From NCBI GenBank assembly GCA_017558005.1, contig JAFYWN010000009.1, positions 13,072 to 77,071 of the forward strand: a stretch of DNA of 64,000 bases, read 5' to 3'. The notes beneath the pieces were generated by a model that saw nothing but the letters and a program-made list of their open reading frames with translations, had not been told where the DNA came from and did not search any database. Shown piece after piece: positions 16,482 to 24,899 of this stretch. The translations under genes were made by a program, and so were the position numbers. Positions within the stretch are counted from its first letter, which is position 1, and each line of letters begins with the position of its first letter. This DNA comes from Kiritimatiellia bacterium (lineage in GTDB: Bacteria; Verrucomicrobiota; Kiritimatiellia; RFP12; DVOR01).

Positions 16482-17960
16482 TTGAAGATGTCACAAGTTA
16501 CACGAAGGGATTGGTTGCGCATGTTGGTGGCGGCTGGGGTACTTCCCGCAGTCCCCCAAGTGCTTCGTGCCGCCGCTCAGGAGACATACACGTGCACAGA
16601 TGTCCGTGTGCCGATTTCCTCCAAGAATCCCGCGATTATCTTTGATGAGGCGAAGTGCATCTACTGTGGCGCGTGCAAACGTGTCTGCCATCGCACGATG
16701 TCGGTGGAGGGTTATTTTGATTTGAAAAAGAATGGGAATAAGCCCATTTGCATCCATTGCGGGCAGTGTTCTACGGTCTGTGAAGGCGAGGCGATTCTCA
16801 TGCGTCCTGAGTGGCAGGCGGTGAAGGCTGCGAAAGCTGCGGGAAAGACGATTGTTGTGTCGCTCTCTCCAGCAGTCCGCGTGAGTGTCTCTGAAGCGTT
16901 TGGCAAACCCGCAGGGGCGTTTTGCGAGGGGGAAGTGATTGCCGCCTTGCGTGCTTTAGGGGCGGATTATGTGTTGGATACGTGCTTTGGTGCCGATTTA
17001 ACGATTGTGGAGGAGGCAAAGGAATTGATCGAACGCCTCAAAAACCGCACCGCACCTTTGCCGCAGTTTACGAGTTGCTGCCCCGCATGGGTGGAGTTTT
17101 GCGAAACGTATTTCCCAAATGAACTTCCTCATCTCTCTACGGCAAAGAGCCCCATCGCCTTGCAGGGTGAAGCGATTAAGACCTTTTTCGCCAAGCAGAA
17201 GGGGATTGACCCCAAAAACATCTTTAATGTTGCCTTGACGCCTTGCCCTGCGAAGAAGTTTGAAATTCGTCGCCCTGAGTTTGAGGTCGATGGTATGCGT
17301 GGCATGGATGCCGTCGTCACGGTGCGCGAACTCGCTGAATGGATTGTGGCAGAGGGCGTGGATTATCAATCGCTCCAACCTTCCGCATACGATTCTTTGT
17401 TGGGCACGGCAAGTGGCGCGGGGATTATTTTTGGCAATACGGGCGGCGTAGCAGAGGCCATTTTGCGTTCGGCATATGCATTTTATACGGGTGAAAATCC
17501 GCCAGAAGATTTTCTGCAATTTGCCCCTGTGCGTGGCTTATTGGGCACCGAAAGTCCGCGTCCTGGTGCCTTGAAACGCGCCAGAGTCGCCTTTTCGGGG
17601 ACGTGCGTCGTAGAGGTGCTTGTCGTGCAGGGATGCGCTAACGCACGAACGGTATTGGAGCAACTCCGTAAGGGCGACTTAAAGGCGGACCTGATTGAGG
17701 TGATGGCCTGTGAGGGTGGGTGCATCGGTGGAGCAGGCTTGCCCCGTGCACAAACGGTACCTTACCTAACACGTGCTATGCGAAACGCACGGATTGATGC
17801 GCTCTATGCGTGTGATGCAGATAAAAAAGTTCGCTTGGCGCATGAGAATCCAGTCGTGAAGCAATTTTATGCCGAGACGGTCGGGGAGATTGGGTCGCCT
17901 GCCGCAAAGGCGAGACTTCACACGTCCTACCTCTCTCGCGCCGCAGATTTAGGCGAATAA
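16482..17960 (+). CDS. [FeFe]-hydrogenase catalytic subunit with twin-arginine signal peptide
   Basis: TRRDWLRMLVAAGVL Tat motif; two CxxCxxCxxxC ferredoxin motifs; H-cluster motifs FTSCCPAW, TPCPAKKFE, EVMACEGGCIGG. Confidence 0.85.
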   Translation: MKMSQVTRRDWLRMLVAAGVLPAVPQVLRAAAQETYTCTDVRVPISSKNPAIIFDEAKCIYCGACKRVCHRTMSVEGYFDLKKNGNKPICIHCGQCSTVCEGEAILMRPEWQAVKAAKAAGKTIVVSLSPAVRVSVSEAFGKPAGAFCEGEVIAALRALGADYVLDTCFGADLTIVEEAKELIERLKNRTAPLPQFTSCCPAWVEFCETYFPNELPHLSTAKSPIALQGEAIKTFFAKQKGIDPKNIFNVALTPCPAKKFEIRRPEFEVDGMRGMDAVVTVRELAEWIVAEGVDYQSLQPSAYDSLLGTASGAGIIFGNTGGVAEAILRSAYAFYTGENPPEDFLQFAPVRGLLGTESPRPGALKRARVAFSGTCVVEVLVVQGCANARTVLEQLRKGDLKADLIEVMACEGGCIGGAGLPRAQTVPYLTRAMRNARIDALYACDADKKVRLAHENPVVKQFYAETVGEIGSPAAKARLHTSYLSRAADLGE

Positions 17961-17982
17961 GGCGGGTAGGCACAAGTTCAAA

Positions 17983-18021
17983 AGCGGCGACAGGGGATTC
18001 TGTCGCCGCTTTGCTTTTTTT
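17983..18021. terminator. bidirectional intrinsic terminator between convergent genes
   Basis: agcggcgacag-gggatt-ctgtcgccgct perfect 11-bp stem, A-run upstream, ttgcttttttt downstream. Confidence 0.7.
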
Positions 18022-18027
18022 GCAATG

Positions 18028-18792
18028 TTAGGGATTTAGAGGACGGGCAAGGGCGAGGACATAGACCGCTTTTGCGCCAGCCGATCGGAGGAGGGTGGCG
18101 CAGGCATTACAGGTCGCGCCCGTGGTTACTACGTCGTCCACCAAAAGAACCGTTTTCCCTTCCAAATGGGCATGGCGCGTCAAGCGATAGGCGCGTTTAG
18201 CATTTTGGAGTCGTTCGCCTCGGCGGAGACGTGTTTGGGAGAGGGTGTCGGTGCGGACGCGCTTCAAATCATGTTTGTGAACGGGTAGATTGAGATGACG
18301 CGCGAGGTAGGCAGTGAGGAGTTCGGTTTGGTTGTACCCGCGCTTCCGGAGCTTGGCGGGTTGGCTCGGCACGGGGATGAGGAGGTCAACGTGGGTGCCA
18401 TTGCCTTGGATGCGTTCAAGGTACGTCGCTAAGAGGTAGCGCCCTAAGTCTTCGGTTAACCAAAGTCCTTTGCGATATTTGAAGGTGTGAATCAAATCTC
18501 GAAAGGCATTTTCGTAGCGGGCCACGATAAAGGTGCGTTCAATCGGTGGGGGATGGCGGAGGCATTCGGAACAGGTAAAGTCAGCCCCTTCACGGAGTGT
18601 AGACTCCATGCCGCAACGGATGCAGGAGGGATTGCGATGGAGGGAGAGGCGTTCAAGGCAGGATTGGCAGATGTGCCCCTCGTCCCCAGCATCCTTTCGG
18701 CAGAAGTAGCAGTCGCGTGGATAGCACAGATCCAAGAGGGTCTGGTAGCACGCCTTTAGAAAATGACAACTCTTTAGAAGGAGAGCCCGCAT
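18028..18792 (-). CDS. comF: ComF-family phosphoribosyltransferase
   Basis: N-terminal Cys-rich zinc-finger region and PRTase motif VLLVDDVVTTGAT. Confidence 0.8.
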   Translation of the reverse strand: MRALLLKSCHFLKACYQTLLDLCYPRDCYFCRKDAGDEGHICQSCLERLSLHRNPSCIRCGMESTLREGADFTCSECLRHPPPIERTFIVARYENAFRDLIHTFKYRKGLWLTEDLGRYLLATYLERIQGNGTHVDLLIPVPSQPAKLRKRGYNQTELLTAYLARHLNLPVHKHDLKRVRTDTLSQTRLRRGERLQNAKRAYRLTRHAHLEGKTVLLVDDVVTTGATCNACATLLRSAGAKAVYVLALARPLNP

Positions 18793-19328
18793 AGTTGCAA
18801 TGCCACCCCCGCGGCGGCTCCACAGAGAATCAACGTAATGGCACCGAGTTTAAAGACGCGTACGAGCGTAAATAACCCTGCCGCTAAAAGGAGTGCCGTG
18901 AGATTGAGCTCGCCTTCTCCTTTGAAAAAGGCGTGCCCCGCCAAGGAAAAGGCTGCCACTGCGAGCAGACCCACTACAGCAGGTTTTGCTCCTTGGAGTG
19001 CAGATTTGGTAGACCAGTGGTTGAGTACGCGATTGGCCATGCTGGCAATGAGGAGAATGATGATGACCGAGGGGAGAACGACTCCCGCAGTGGCGCAGAG
19101 GCTCCCCAAAAAGCCCGCCGTGGTTACCCCGCAGAAGGTGGAGATGTTGACTGCGAAGGGCCCCGGAGTGCTTTCGGCGATGCCAACAAATTCCGCGAAT
19201 TGTTCAAGCGTCATCCATCCGTGGCGGTCAATCACTTCTGCTTGAATCAGGGGAATCATGGCATAACCCCCGCCTAAGGTGAAGAGCCCGATTTTAAAGA
19301 AGGTCAAGAAGAGTGTGAGGTAAATCAT
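18774..19328 (-). CDS. chromate transporter family protein (short-chain CHR, second half of pair)
   Basis: FKIGLFTLGGGYAMIPLIQAEV...GIAESTPGPFAVN. The ATG at 19328 overlaps the upstream stop (ATGA); the longer 275-aa ORF is an artefact. Confidence 0.8.
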   Translation of the reverse strand: MIYLTLFLTFFKIGLFTLGGGYAMIPLIQAEVIDRHGWMTLEQFAEFVGIAESTPGPFAVNISTFCGVTTAGFLGSLCATAGVVLPSVIIILLIASMANRVLNHWSTKSALQGAKPAVVGLLAVAAFSLAGHAFFKGEGELNLTALLLAAGLFTLVRVFKLGAITLILCGAAAGVALQLCGLSF

Positions 19329-19945
19329 GGTTGCTCCTCCTGATTCTTGAGGAGAAACCGGGGCCGAATCCCATGCCAGAGCAACCCAATGAGCAGCGCT
19401 CCCATAATGACATAAAATGCACTCACAGAGGGAAACGCCACCAAGTAGAAGGAGGCGGTGAGCATGATTCCGTTGAACCAATTGCGCTTCAACTTCATTC
19501 CCATGCGTAAACAGGCCTGGATAATGAGCACAATTGCCGCCACGCGGATGCCGCCTAATGCCGCCGCCACCCAAGGATTGTCGCGGAGGGTGAGGTAACA
19601 CCCACTAATCGCAAAGATGACCGCCCACGCTGGAAGCACTAAAGCTAAAACGGAGACGATGCTTCCAATTATCCCTGCGAGCTTGTACCCGACGAAGGTC
19701 GCCGTATTCACGGCAATCGGTCCAGGCGTACTCTCACCGATGGCAATTAAGTCCATCAGTTCGTCGGTCGTCATCCAACGCCGCCGATGGACAATCTCAT
19801 CTTCCATCAGGGCAATAATGGCATAGCCACCGCCAAAGGTCAATGCACCAAACTTGCCGAAGACAAGCATTAATGCAAATAATCTGCGGAAAAGGGTTGG
19901 CTTTTCCGCAGATTCTTGAAGGGGGGATTCTGTTTTGTTACTCAC
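19325..19945 (-). CDS. chromate transporter family protein (short-chain CHR, first half of pair)
   Basis: FGKFGALTFGGGYAIIALMEDEIV...GESTPGPIAVN. Confidence 0.8.
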   Translation of the reverse strand: MSNKTESPLQESAEKPTLFRRLFALMLVFGKFGALTFGGGYAIIALMEDEIVHRRRWMTTDELMDLIAIGESTPGPIAVNTATFVGYKLAGIIGSIVSVLALVLPAWAVIFAISGCYLTLRDNPWVAAALGGIRVAAIVLIIQACLRMGMKLKRNWFNGIMLTASFYLVAFPSVSAFYVIMGALLIGLLWHGIRPRFLLKNQEEQP

Positions 19946-19966
19946 GGGAGAATCCGTAAGGCGTGC

Positions 19967-21256
19967 TTAGAAACCCGCATCGAGGCGTTGCTTGAGCGTC
20001 GCGAGGTCGGTGTCCGCAGGGGCGGCGCCAGACTTCACTGCCGCTTCTGCCACGGCATAGGAGACCACGCTGTATAGACGACGGTCAAAGGCCTTGGGGA
20101 TGATGTACTGCGTGCCGAATTCAAGCTGTTCGCCAGGATAGACGGCCTGCACATCTGCCGGCACAGGTTCACGGGCCAACATGGCCAATGCCGTGGAGGC
20201 AGCCACCTTCATTTCGGTATTGATTGTGCGTGCCTTCACGTCCAACGCGCCACGGAAGAGGAAGGGGAAGCCGAGCACGTTGTTGATCTGGTTCGGATAG
20301 TCCGAACGACCCGTTGCCATGATGTAGGGCTTATCGCCCATCGCTTCTGCCACCACCGCAGGTTCAATTTCGGGGTCGGGGTTTGCCATTGCGAAGATGG
20401 CAGGGAAGTCTGCCATCGTCTTCACATCATCACCAGAGAGCACGTTCGCCGCCGACACGCCGATGAAGACGTGAGCACCTGCGATGGCATCCTTGAGCGT
20501 GCGCTTATCGGTTGCCACGGCGTGGCGACGCTTGTGAGAGGTCAAATCATCGCGATCTTCACGGATGATGCCCTTCGAGTCACACATGGTAAGATGCTTT
20601 ACGCCTGCCGCCTTGCACATATCGGCGATACGAATGCCTGCCGCACCTGCGCCATTGACCACCACATTCAGGTCGCCCAAATCGCGCTTGCTGATGTAAG
20701 CATAGTTAATCACACCTGCCACCGTAATCACGGCCGTTCCCCACTGGTCATCGTGGAAAACAGGAATGTCCAATTCGGCATCAAGAGTGTCTTCGATTTC
20801 AAAGCATGCCGGCGCGGCGATGTCTTCCAAGTTGATGCCGCCATACATCGGTGCCAATGCACGCACTGCTTCAATCACGCGCTGCGGATCAGTCTTGCCC
20901 GTGTCCTTGCCATCCTTACGGCAGCAACCCAACGGCACCGGCCACGCATCCACATTAGCAAAGGTCTTAAAGAGCGCAGCCTTACCTTCCATCACAGGAA
21001 TCGAAGCCGCTGCACCCAAATCACCTAAACCCAAAATGGCCGTGCCATCAGAGACCACTGCCACCAAGTTCTTCTTGCTTGTAAGATTGTAAACCGTTTC
21101 AGGCTTTGCGGCGATTTCCTTTACTGCCTGCGCCACACCGGGCGTATAAGCAAGACAGAGATCCTTCTGTGTGGCCAGAGGCTTCGAGAGCGCCACGCGC
21201 ACCTTGCCACCATCATGAAATTCGAACACTTCTTCCTTCGTAATCTGAATCGCCAT
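19967..21256 (-). CDS. NAD(P)-dependent malic enzyme (no PTA domain)
   Basis: LCLAYTPGVA, VVSDGTAILGLGDLGAAASIPVMEGKAALFK, NGAGAAG. ATG at 21256 with a gagg RBS is preferred over the TTG at 21268. Confidence 0.9.
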   Translation of the reverse strand: MAIQITKEEVFEFHDGGKVRVALSKPLATQKDLCLAYTPGVAQAVKEIAAKPETVYNLTSKKNLVAVVSDGTAILGLGDLGAAASIPVMEGKAALFKTFANVDAWPVPLGCCRKDGKDTGKTDPQRVIEAVRALAPMYGGINLEDIAAPACFEIEDTLDAELDIPVFHDDQWGTAVITVAGVINYAYISKRDLGDLNVVVNGAGAAGIRIADMCKAAGVKHLTMCDSKGIIREDRDDLTSHKRRHAVATDKRTLKDAIAGAHVFIGVSAANVLSGDDVKTMADFPAIFAMANPDPEIEPAVVAEAMGDKPYIMATGRSDYPNQINNVLGFPFLFRGALDVKARTINTEMKVAASTALAMLAREPVPADVQAVYPGEQLEFGTQYIIPKAFDRRLYSVVSYAVAEAAVKSGAAPADTDLATLKQRLDAGF

Positions 21257-21450
21257 CTTAAACCTCAAACGTTAAGCTGAAATAATGAAAAATAAACGTA
21301 GACAGTATACCATAATTAATAACCCCCTCGCATCTGAAAAAACGCCACATAAAACCGAAATCACCCTTGGCCCCTACATCCCCTTTTAAGTCCCCATACC
21401 ATCCTCGCCTCACCTCAGCGGCCTTTCCCCAGCCACTCGCAGTCCCGAGA

Positions 21451-21654
21451 GGTACCAAACGACGGGGACGCTGCGCTCCCCGAACCCCTCGCATTCTTGC
21501 CTGCCGTCTTCTAACCAGCCGCGATCCAGTGCGGTACCAAAGGACGGGGATGCTGCGCTCCTCGAGCCCCTCGCACCCTCGCCTTTCTTCCTCTCTTTTC
21601 TCCTTGTGAGCACCAGTAAAAGCATCCGTCAGGATGCGTAGCATGCAGGACTCA
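21451..21654. repeat. dispersed hairpin-rich element: truncated copy (21451-21510) plus full 129-nt copy (21526-21654)
   Basis: The full copy aligns without gaps to 51274-51402, with 111 of 129 positions identical by hand alignment. Contains hairpins acgggga...tcccc and gcatcc-gtca-ggatgc. Confidence 0.75.
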
Positions 21655-21659
21655 CCACG

Positions 21660-21719
21660 GCCGCGGTGGGCCGTGGCCACGATAAACTACGCTGCCGCGG
21701 TGGGCCGTGGCCACGATAA
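21660..21719. repeat. exact 26-nt direct duplication (period 34)
   Basis: gccgcggtgggccgtggccacgataa occurs at 21660-21685 and 21694-21719, inside a 166-nt segment absent from the 51-kb copy. Confidence 0.8.
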
Positions 21720-22013
21720 GGGAGGAGCTTCGCAGTGGGTAGGATCTGCGAGATTCTTTTCTTCGCCGCCTTTGAAAGGCGAGTCCGCAGGACGAGCACG
21801 GGGTAGAGCGCCCTGCGCTCTCGCAGGGGTGTGGGGGTCATGATATCATCTCGGAGATTCACTTCTGCTTCTGTGACAGTCGCACCCACGGTGGTGAGGA
21901 CTGCAGGCGGCTTTCAAGTCGAGTCCCTCCGTGCTCCCTAAAAAGCTCTTTAGCCTCATTGCGCCCCATTATCTCAGCCCATAAAGTCCTAAAACCAGAG
22001 AAAAAGGGCGAAG

Positions 22014-22087
22014 CTGGATTTGAGTTTGTAACAAACTGGACTTGAGTTTGTAACAAACTAGATTTGAGTTTGTAACAAACTGGATTT
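22014..22087. repeat. 3.4 tandem copies of a 22-bp unit, each containing a perfect 7-1-7 inverted repeat
   Basis: Units ctggatttgagtttgtaacaaa / ctggacttgagtttgtaacaaa / ctagatttgagtttgtaacaaa / ctggattt. The palindrome is AGTTTGT-A-ACAAACT. Confidence 0.85.
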
Positions 22088-22176
22088 TCATTTCGCCCTT
22101 TTTGCTCAAGAATTTCTCCTCTATGGAAGTGATAAGTGGCTAATCCATCGCTAAACATCGCCACGACATAGACAAT

Positions 22177-22359
22177 TAACTATCCTTAACCTGTCCATAA
22201 TCTATTCATGACCATCCATAACCTATCCTCAATCAGGCCTTAACCTATCCTTATTCACGTAAGGACGGGCGATTTGGTGACGTGTTTAGCCTGCGCCGCG
22301 GACAGTAACCTATCCCTAATCTATTTGAGCGACGGGCGGTTGCTCGTCTCATCTATCTT
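22177..22359. repeat. AACCTATCC-motif array plus conserved 53-nt block shared with 52143-52195
   Basis: Four TAACCT(A/G)TCC-like motifs. The block 22307-22359 matches 52143-52195 at 50 of 53 positions and includes the hairpin gacggg-cggttg-ctcgtc. Confidence 0.75.
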
Positions 22360-22676
22360 CATGCTTATGATTGAATTGTATTCTTAGAAAACTATTGGCA
22401 TGAAGTGGATGACAAATAAAATCACGGGAGTAGGGCGGTGTCTCCTGCTGACCTTGTGGGAGAGCGCTTCTATTGGGAAGGACGGTTCTTTCCACTGTGG
22501 TATCAGTAGGCTTGGTTCGCTTGTTTCTATTCGTTTAATATCCCGTAAAAGTGGCCTTTGTAGTGGGGCTACTTGCGTTTGGGAAAAGGGTTTGGTATTA
22601 TTTATGGGTTTTTCAACGAGATTTCAACGACAGAAATCTGCGGTTGATTGTTTAATGAGTTTTGATTGTTTTAAGG

Positions 22677-24842
22677 ATGAAAACAATGGATAAAGCTGAA
22701 TTTGAAAAGCAGATGCAGGAATTGTTGCAGGGTGAGACGTTGGATCTCGCTGCAATTACCGCCTTGATTCACGCGCGTTTAAATGAGGATGCGAAGGGTG
22801 CAATTCGTGCATTTGCCGTTTTGACTGAGGCTGTGGTAAACCGCAAGTCGCTCGCAGATGCGATTGCGTGTGTGAAGTTTTATGGTGAACACGCGGAGCA
22901 GTTGCGTGATATTACGTTGGCTCAGATGCGTGAAGTGGTGCGTCGTTGCGCAACGACGGCTGATGAGAAGTTGATGGTGGACTCGATTGGTTTGAATACG
23001 GCGATTGCTGCTGCAATCGTGCGTCGCCTCTCGGTTTTGCTCGCACTGAAGCCTGGCGTGTATGTGAATAGCCAGTCTTGGGGCTTTGGCTTGGTCAAGA
23101 GCATTGACGCCTTCTATGGTAAGGTGATTATTGATTTTGATAGCAAGAAGGATCACGCCATGAGTCTCTCTGTGGCGGGTCAGAACTTGTCCATCGCAGA
23201 TGACAATCACTTGATGACGCGCTACATGAAGGATCCGGAATCGATTAAGTCGATGGCTGAAAAGCATCCGGGCGAATTGGTGCGTTTGGCGCTCCAGAGC
23301 TACGGTGAGATGTCGGTGGTGCGTTTGGCGGATCGTTTGGCTGAAACGCGCCTCGTGCCGCAGGAAAACTGGAAGAAGTTCTGGGAAGCGGCGCGTCGTA
23401 GCTTGAAGGCTGATAAGGCTCGCCCGGTGGAAATCCCGACGAAGCGCACGGATCCGATTCGCTTGTTGGAAGCGGAAGAAGATTTCGGCGACAAGTGGTT
23501 GGCCCGTTTCTCCAAGCAGAAGGATATCAAGTCGATTTACGATGGCGTTTTGGCGCTCTTGGCCGCGAAGAAGAACGCCATCCCTGATGGCTATCGCAAG
23601 ACGGTTACGGAACGTTTGCAGTTTGCTCTTAAGGGTGCGGAACGTACGGATTTCCCGCGTTATGCTCAGGTGGCGGTCTTGTTGCGTGATTTGAACCTCT
23701 CTGAACCTGAAGCTCAGGTCGCTCAGGCGGATGTGTTGCTTGAAAATGATGAAGCAAATCATTTGTTGTTGGCAATGCGTGGCCTTCCTGCTCGTGATGT
23801 GATGGCGTTGACGTCGTTCCTCTTGGCTGTGAAGCCTGAGAGCAAGGGCATCTTGTTGAACAACCTCCCGCAGTACAACAGTGTTTCGTTGGGCGCGGTG
23901 TTGAGCGTGTTGTCGAATGATGATGTCACGGGCTTGGCAGTGCGTTCGTTGCTCGCACGCAGTGCAAATCCTGTGCCGACGATGGTGGTGTGGGCATTGC
24001 GTAATCTTTCGGCAAATCCTGCATGGGAATTGCCCTCTTTGAATGACCTCGTGACGCAGGCAATCCACATTGTGGAACAGCGTTTGACGGGCGAAGCACT
24101 CAAGATGCGTAATGCGCTTCAGGCTTTCTTTGATAATGCACGTTGGTTGGAAGATCTTTGCAACAACTTGTCTGCATTTGATCGTCAGGTCTTGTTTGAA
24201 CGCATCCAGGCTTCGACGGCTTGGGATACGGCTTCCCAGCGTACGATTCTCGTGCGTATGACGCGCTTTGACGAGGCTTTGACGAAGTATCGTCGCCAGG
24301 TGAAGGCGCAGGTGGAGCAGGAGCACATCACCTCGCATCGTTCGCTCACGGCGCTCAAGTTGGCTTACGATTATTTGATCAACACGGAAATCCCTGCCAA
24401 TGCGCGTGATATTGCTACGGCTCGTAGCTATGGCGACTTGCGCGAAAACGCAGAATATCAGTTCGCGAAGGATCAGCAGCGTGTGTTGCTTTCTCGTCAG
24501 GATGAGATGGCTCGCCGCTTGAAGATGCTCAAGGAAACGGACTTCGCTGATGTCACCACCGACAAGGTTGTGCCTGGTACGCGTGTGACGTTGGAAACGT
24601 CGACGGGCGTGTTGACCTACACGATTTTGGGTGAACTTGATAGCGATGAAACCCTGAACATCATCTCTTGCCGTACGCGTTTGGCCGCAGCATTGCTCGG
24701 CCGTAGCATGGGTGATCAGGTGGAATTGCCCGCAGAGAAGGGCGTGATTGTCGCCACCGTGGCAGCAATCAGCGTGATGGATGATGCGGTGCGTGCGTGG
24801 TTGGCGGAAATTCCCACCGCCCATGTGGTTGCTAATGCCTAA
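22677..24842 (+). CDS. greA: long-form transcription elongation factor GreA (large N-terminal extension)
   Basis: The C-terminal ~160 aa is GreA-like (YGDLRENAEYQFAKDQQ...VVPGTRVTLE...ISCRTRLAAALLGRSMGDQVEL). Size class matches the ~715-aa chlamydial GreA. Start at 22677 or 22686 rather than 22662. Confidence 0.85.
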   Translation: MKTMDKAEFEKQMQELLQGETLDLAAITALIHARLNEDAKGAIRAFAVLTEAVVNRKSLADAIACVKFYGEHAEQLRDITLAQMREVVRRCATTADEKLMVDSIGLNTAIAAAIVRRLSVLLALKPGVYVNSQSWGFGLVKSIDAFYGKVIIDFDSKKDHAMSLSVAGQNLSIADDNHLMTRYMKDPESIKSMAEKHPGELVRLALQSYGEMSVVRLADRLAETRLVPQENWKKFWEAARRSLKADKARPVEIPTKRTDPIRLLEAEEDFGDKWLARFSKQKDIKSIYDGVLALLAAKKNAIPDGYRKTVTERLQFALKGAERTDFPRYAQVAVLLRDLNLSEPEAQVAQADVLLENDEANHLLLAMRGLPARDVMALTSFLLAVKPESKGILLNNLPQYNSVSLGAVLSVLSNDDVTGLAVRSLLARSANPVPTMVVWALRNLSANPAWELPSLNDLVTQAIHIVEQRLTGEALKMRNALQAFFDNARWLEDLCNNLSAFDRQVLFERIQASTAWDTASQRTILVRMTRFDEALTKYRRQVKAQVEQEHITSHRSLTALKLAYDYLINTEIPANARDIATARSYGDLRENAEYQFAKDQQRVLLSRQDEMARRLKMLKETDFADVTTDKVVPGTRVTLETSTGVLTYTILGELDSDETLNIISCRTRLAAALLGRSMGDQVELPAEKGVIVATVAAISVMDDAVRAWLAEIPTAHVVANA

Positions 24843-24854
24843 TAAGGGACTGAT

Positions 24855-24889
24855 GTCCGGTTCGCATGAAATGGGTCTGCGAACCGGAC
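24855..24889 (+). terminator. hairpin after greA (weak terminator candidate)
   Basis: gtccggttcgc / gcgaaccggac perfect 11-bp stem with 13-nt loop; poor T-run. Confidence 0.4.
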
Positions 24890-24899
24890 AAACCTCTTT

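Noticed and set aside
18774-19601. 275-aa version of the second chromate-transporter ORF, and similar N-terminal extensions in the ORF track (rtcB 7446, mraZ 50828, dtxR-like 12452, glgB 28371, LRR 52287, ARH 56327)
   Set aside because: The extensions overlap upstream genes or promoters and lack an RBS. Internal ATGs with good Shine-Dalgarno sequences match the conserved family N-termini.
22014-22087. Tandem 22-bp arrays (here and at 51798-51886) as CRISPR arrays
   Set aside because: The units are contiguous with no unique spacers, are shorter than CRISPR repeats, and no cas genes are present.
21258-22693. Several 60-140-aa ORFs on both strands (e.g. 21258-21680, 21859-22164, 22400-22693) in the 1.4-kb intergenic region
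   Set aside because: They overlap each other and the repeats. The repeats are out of frame with them (22-nt period). Their sequences are low-complexity with no RBS or motifs.
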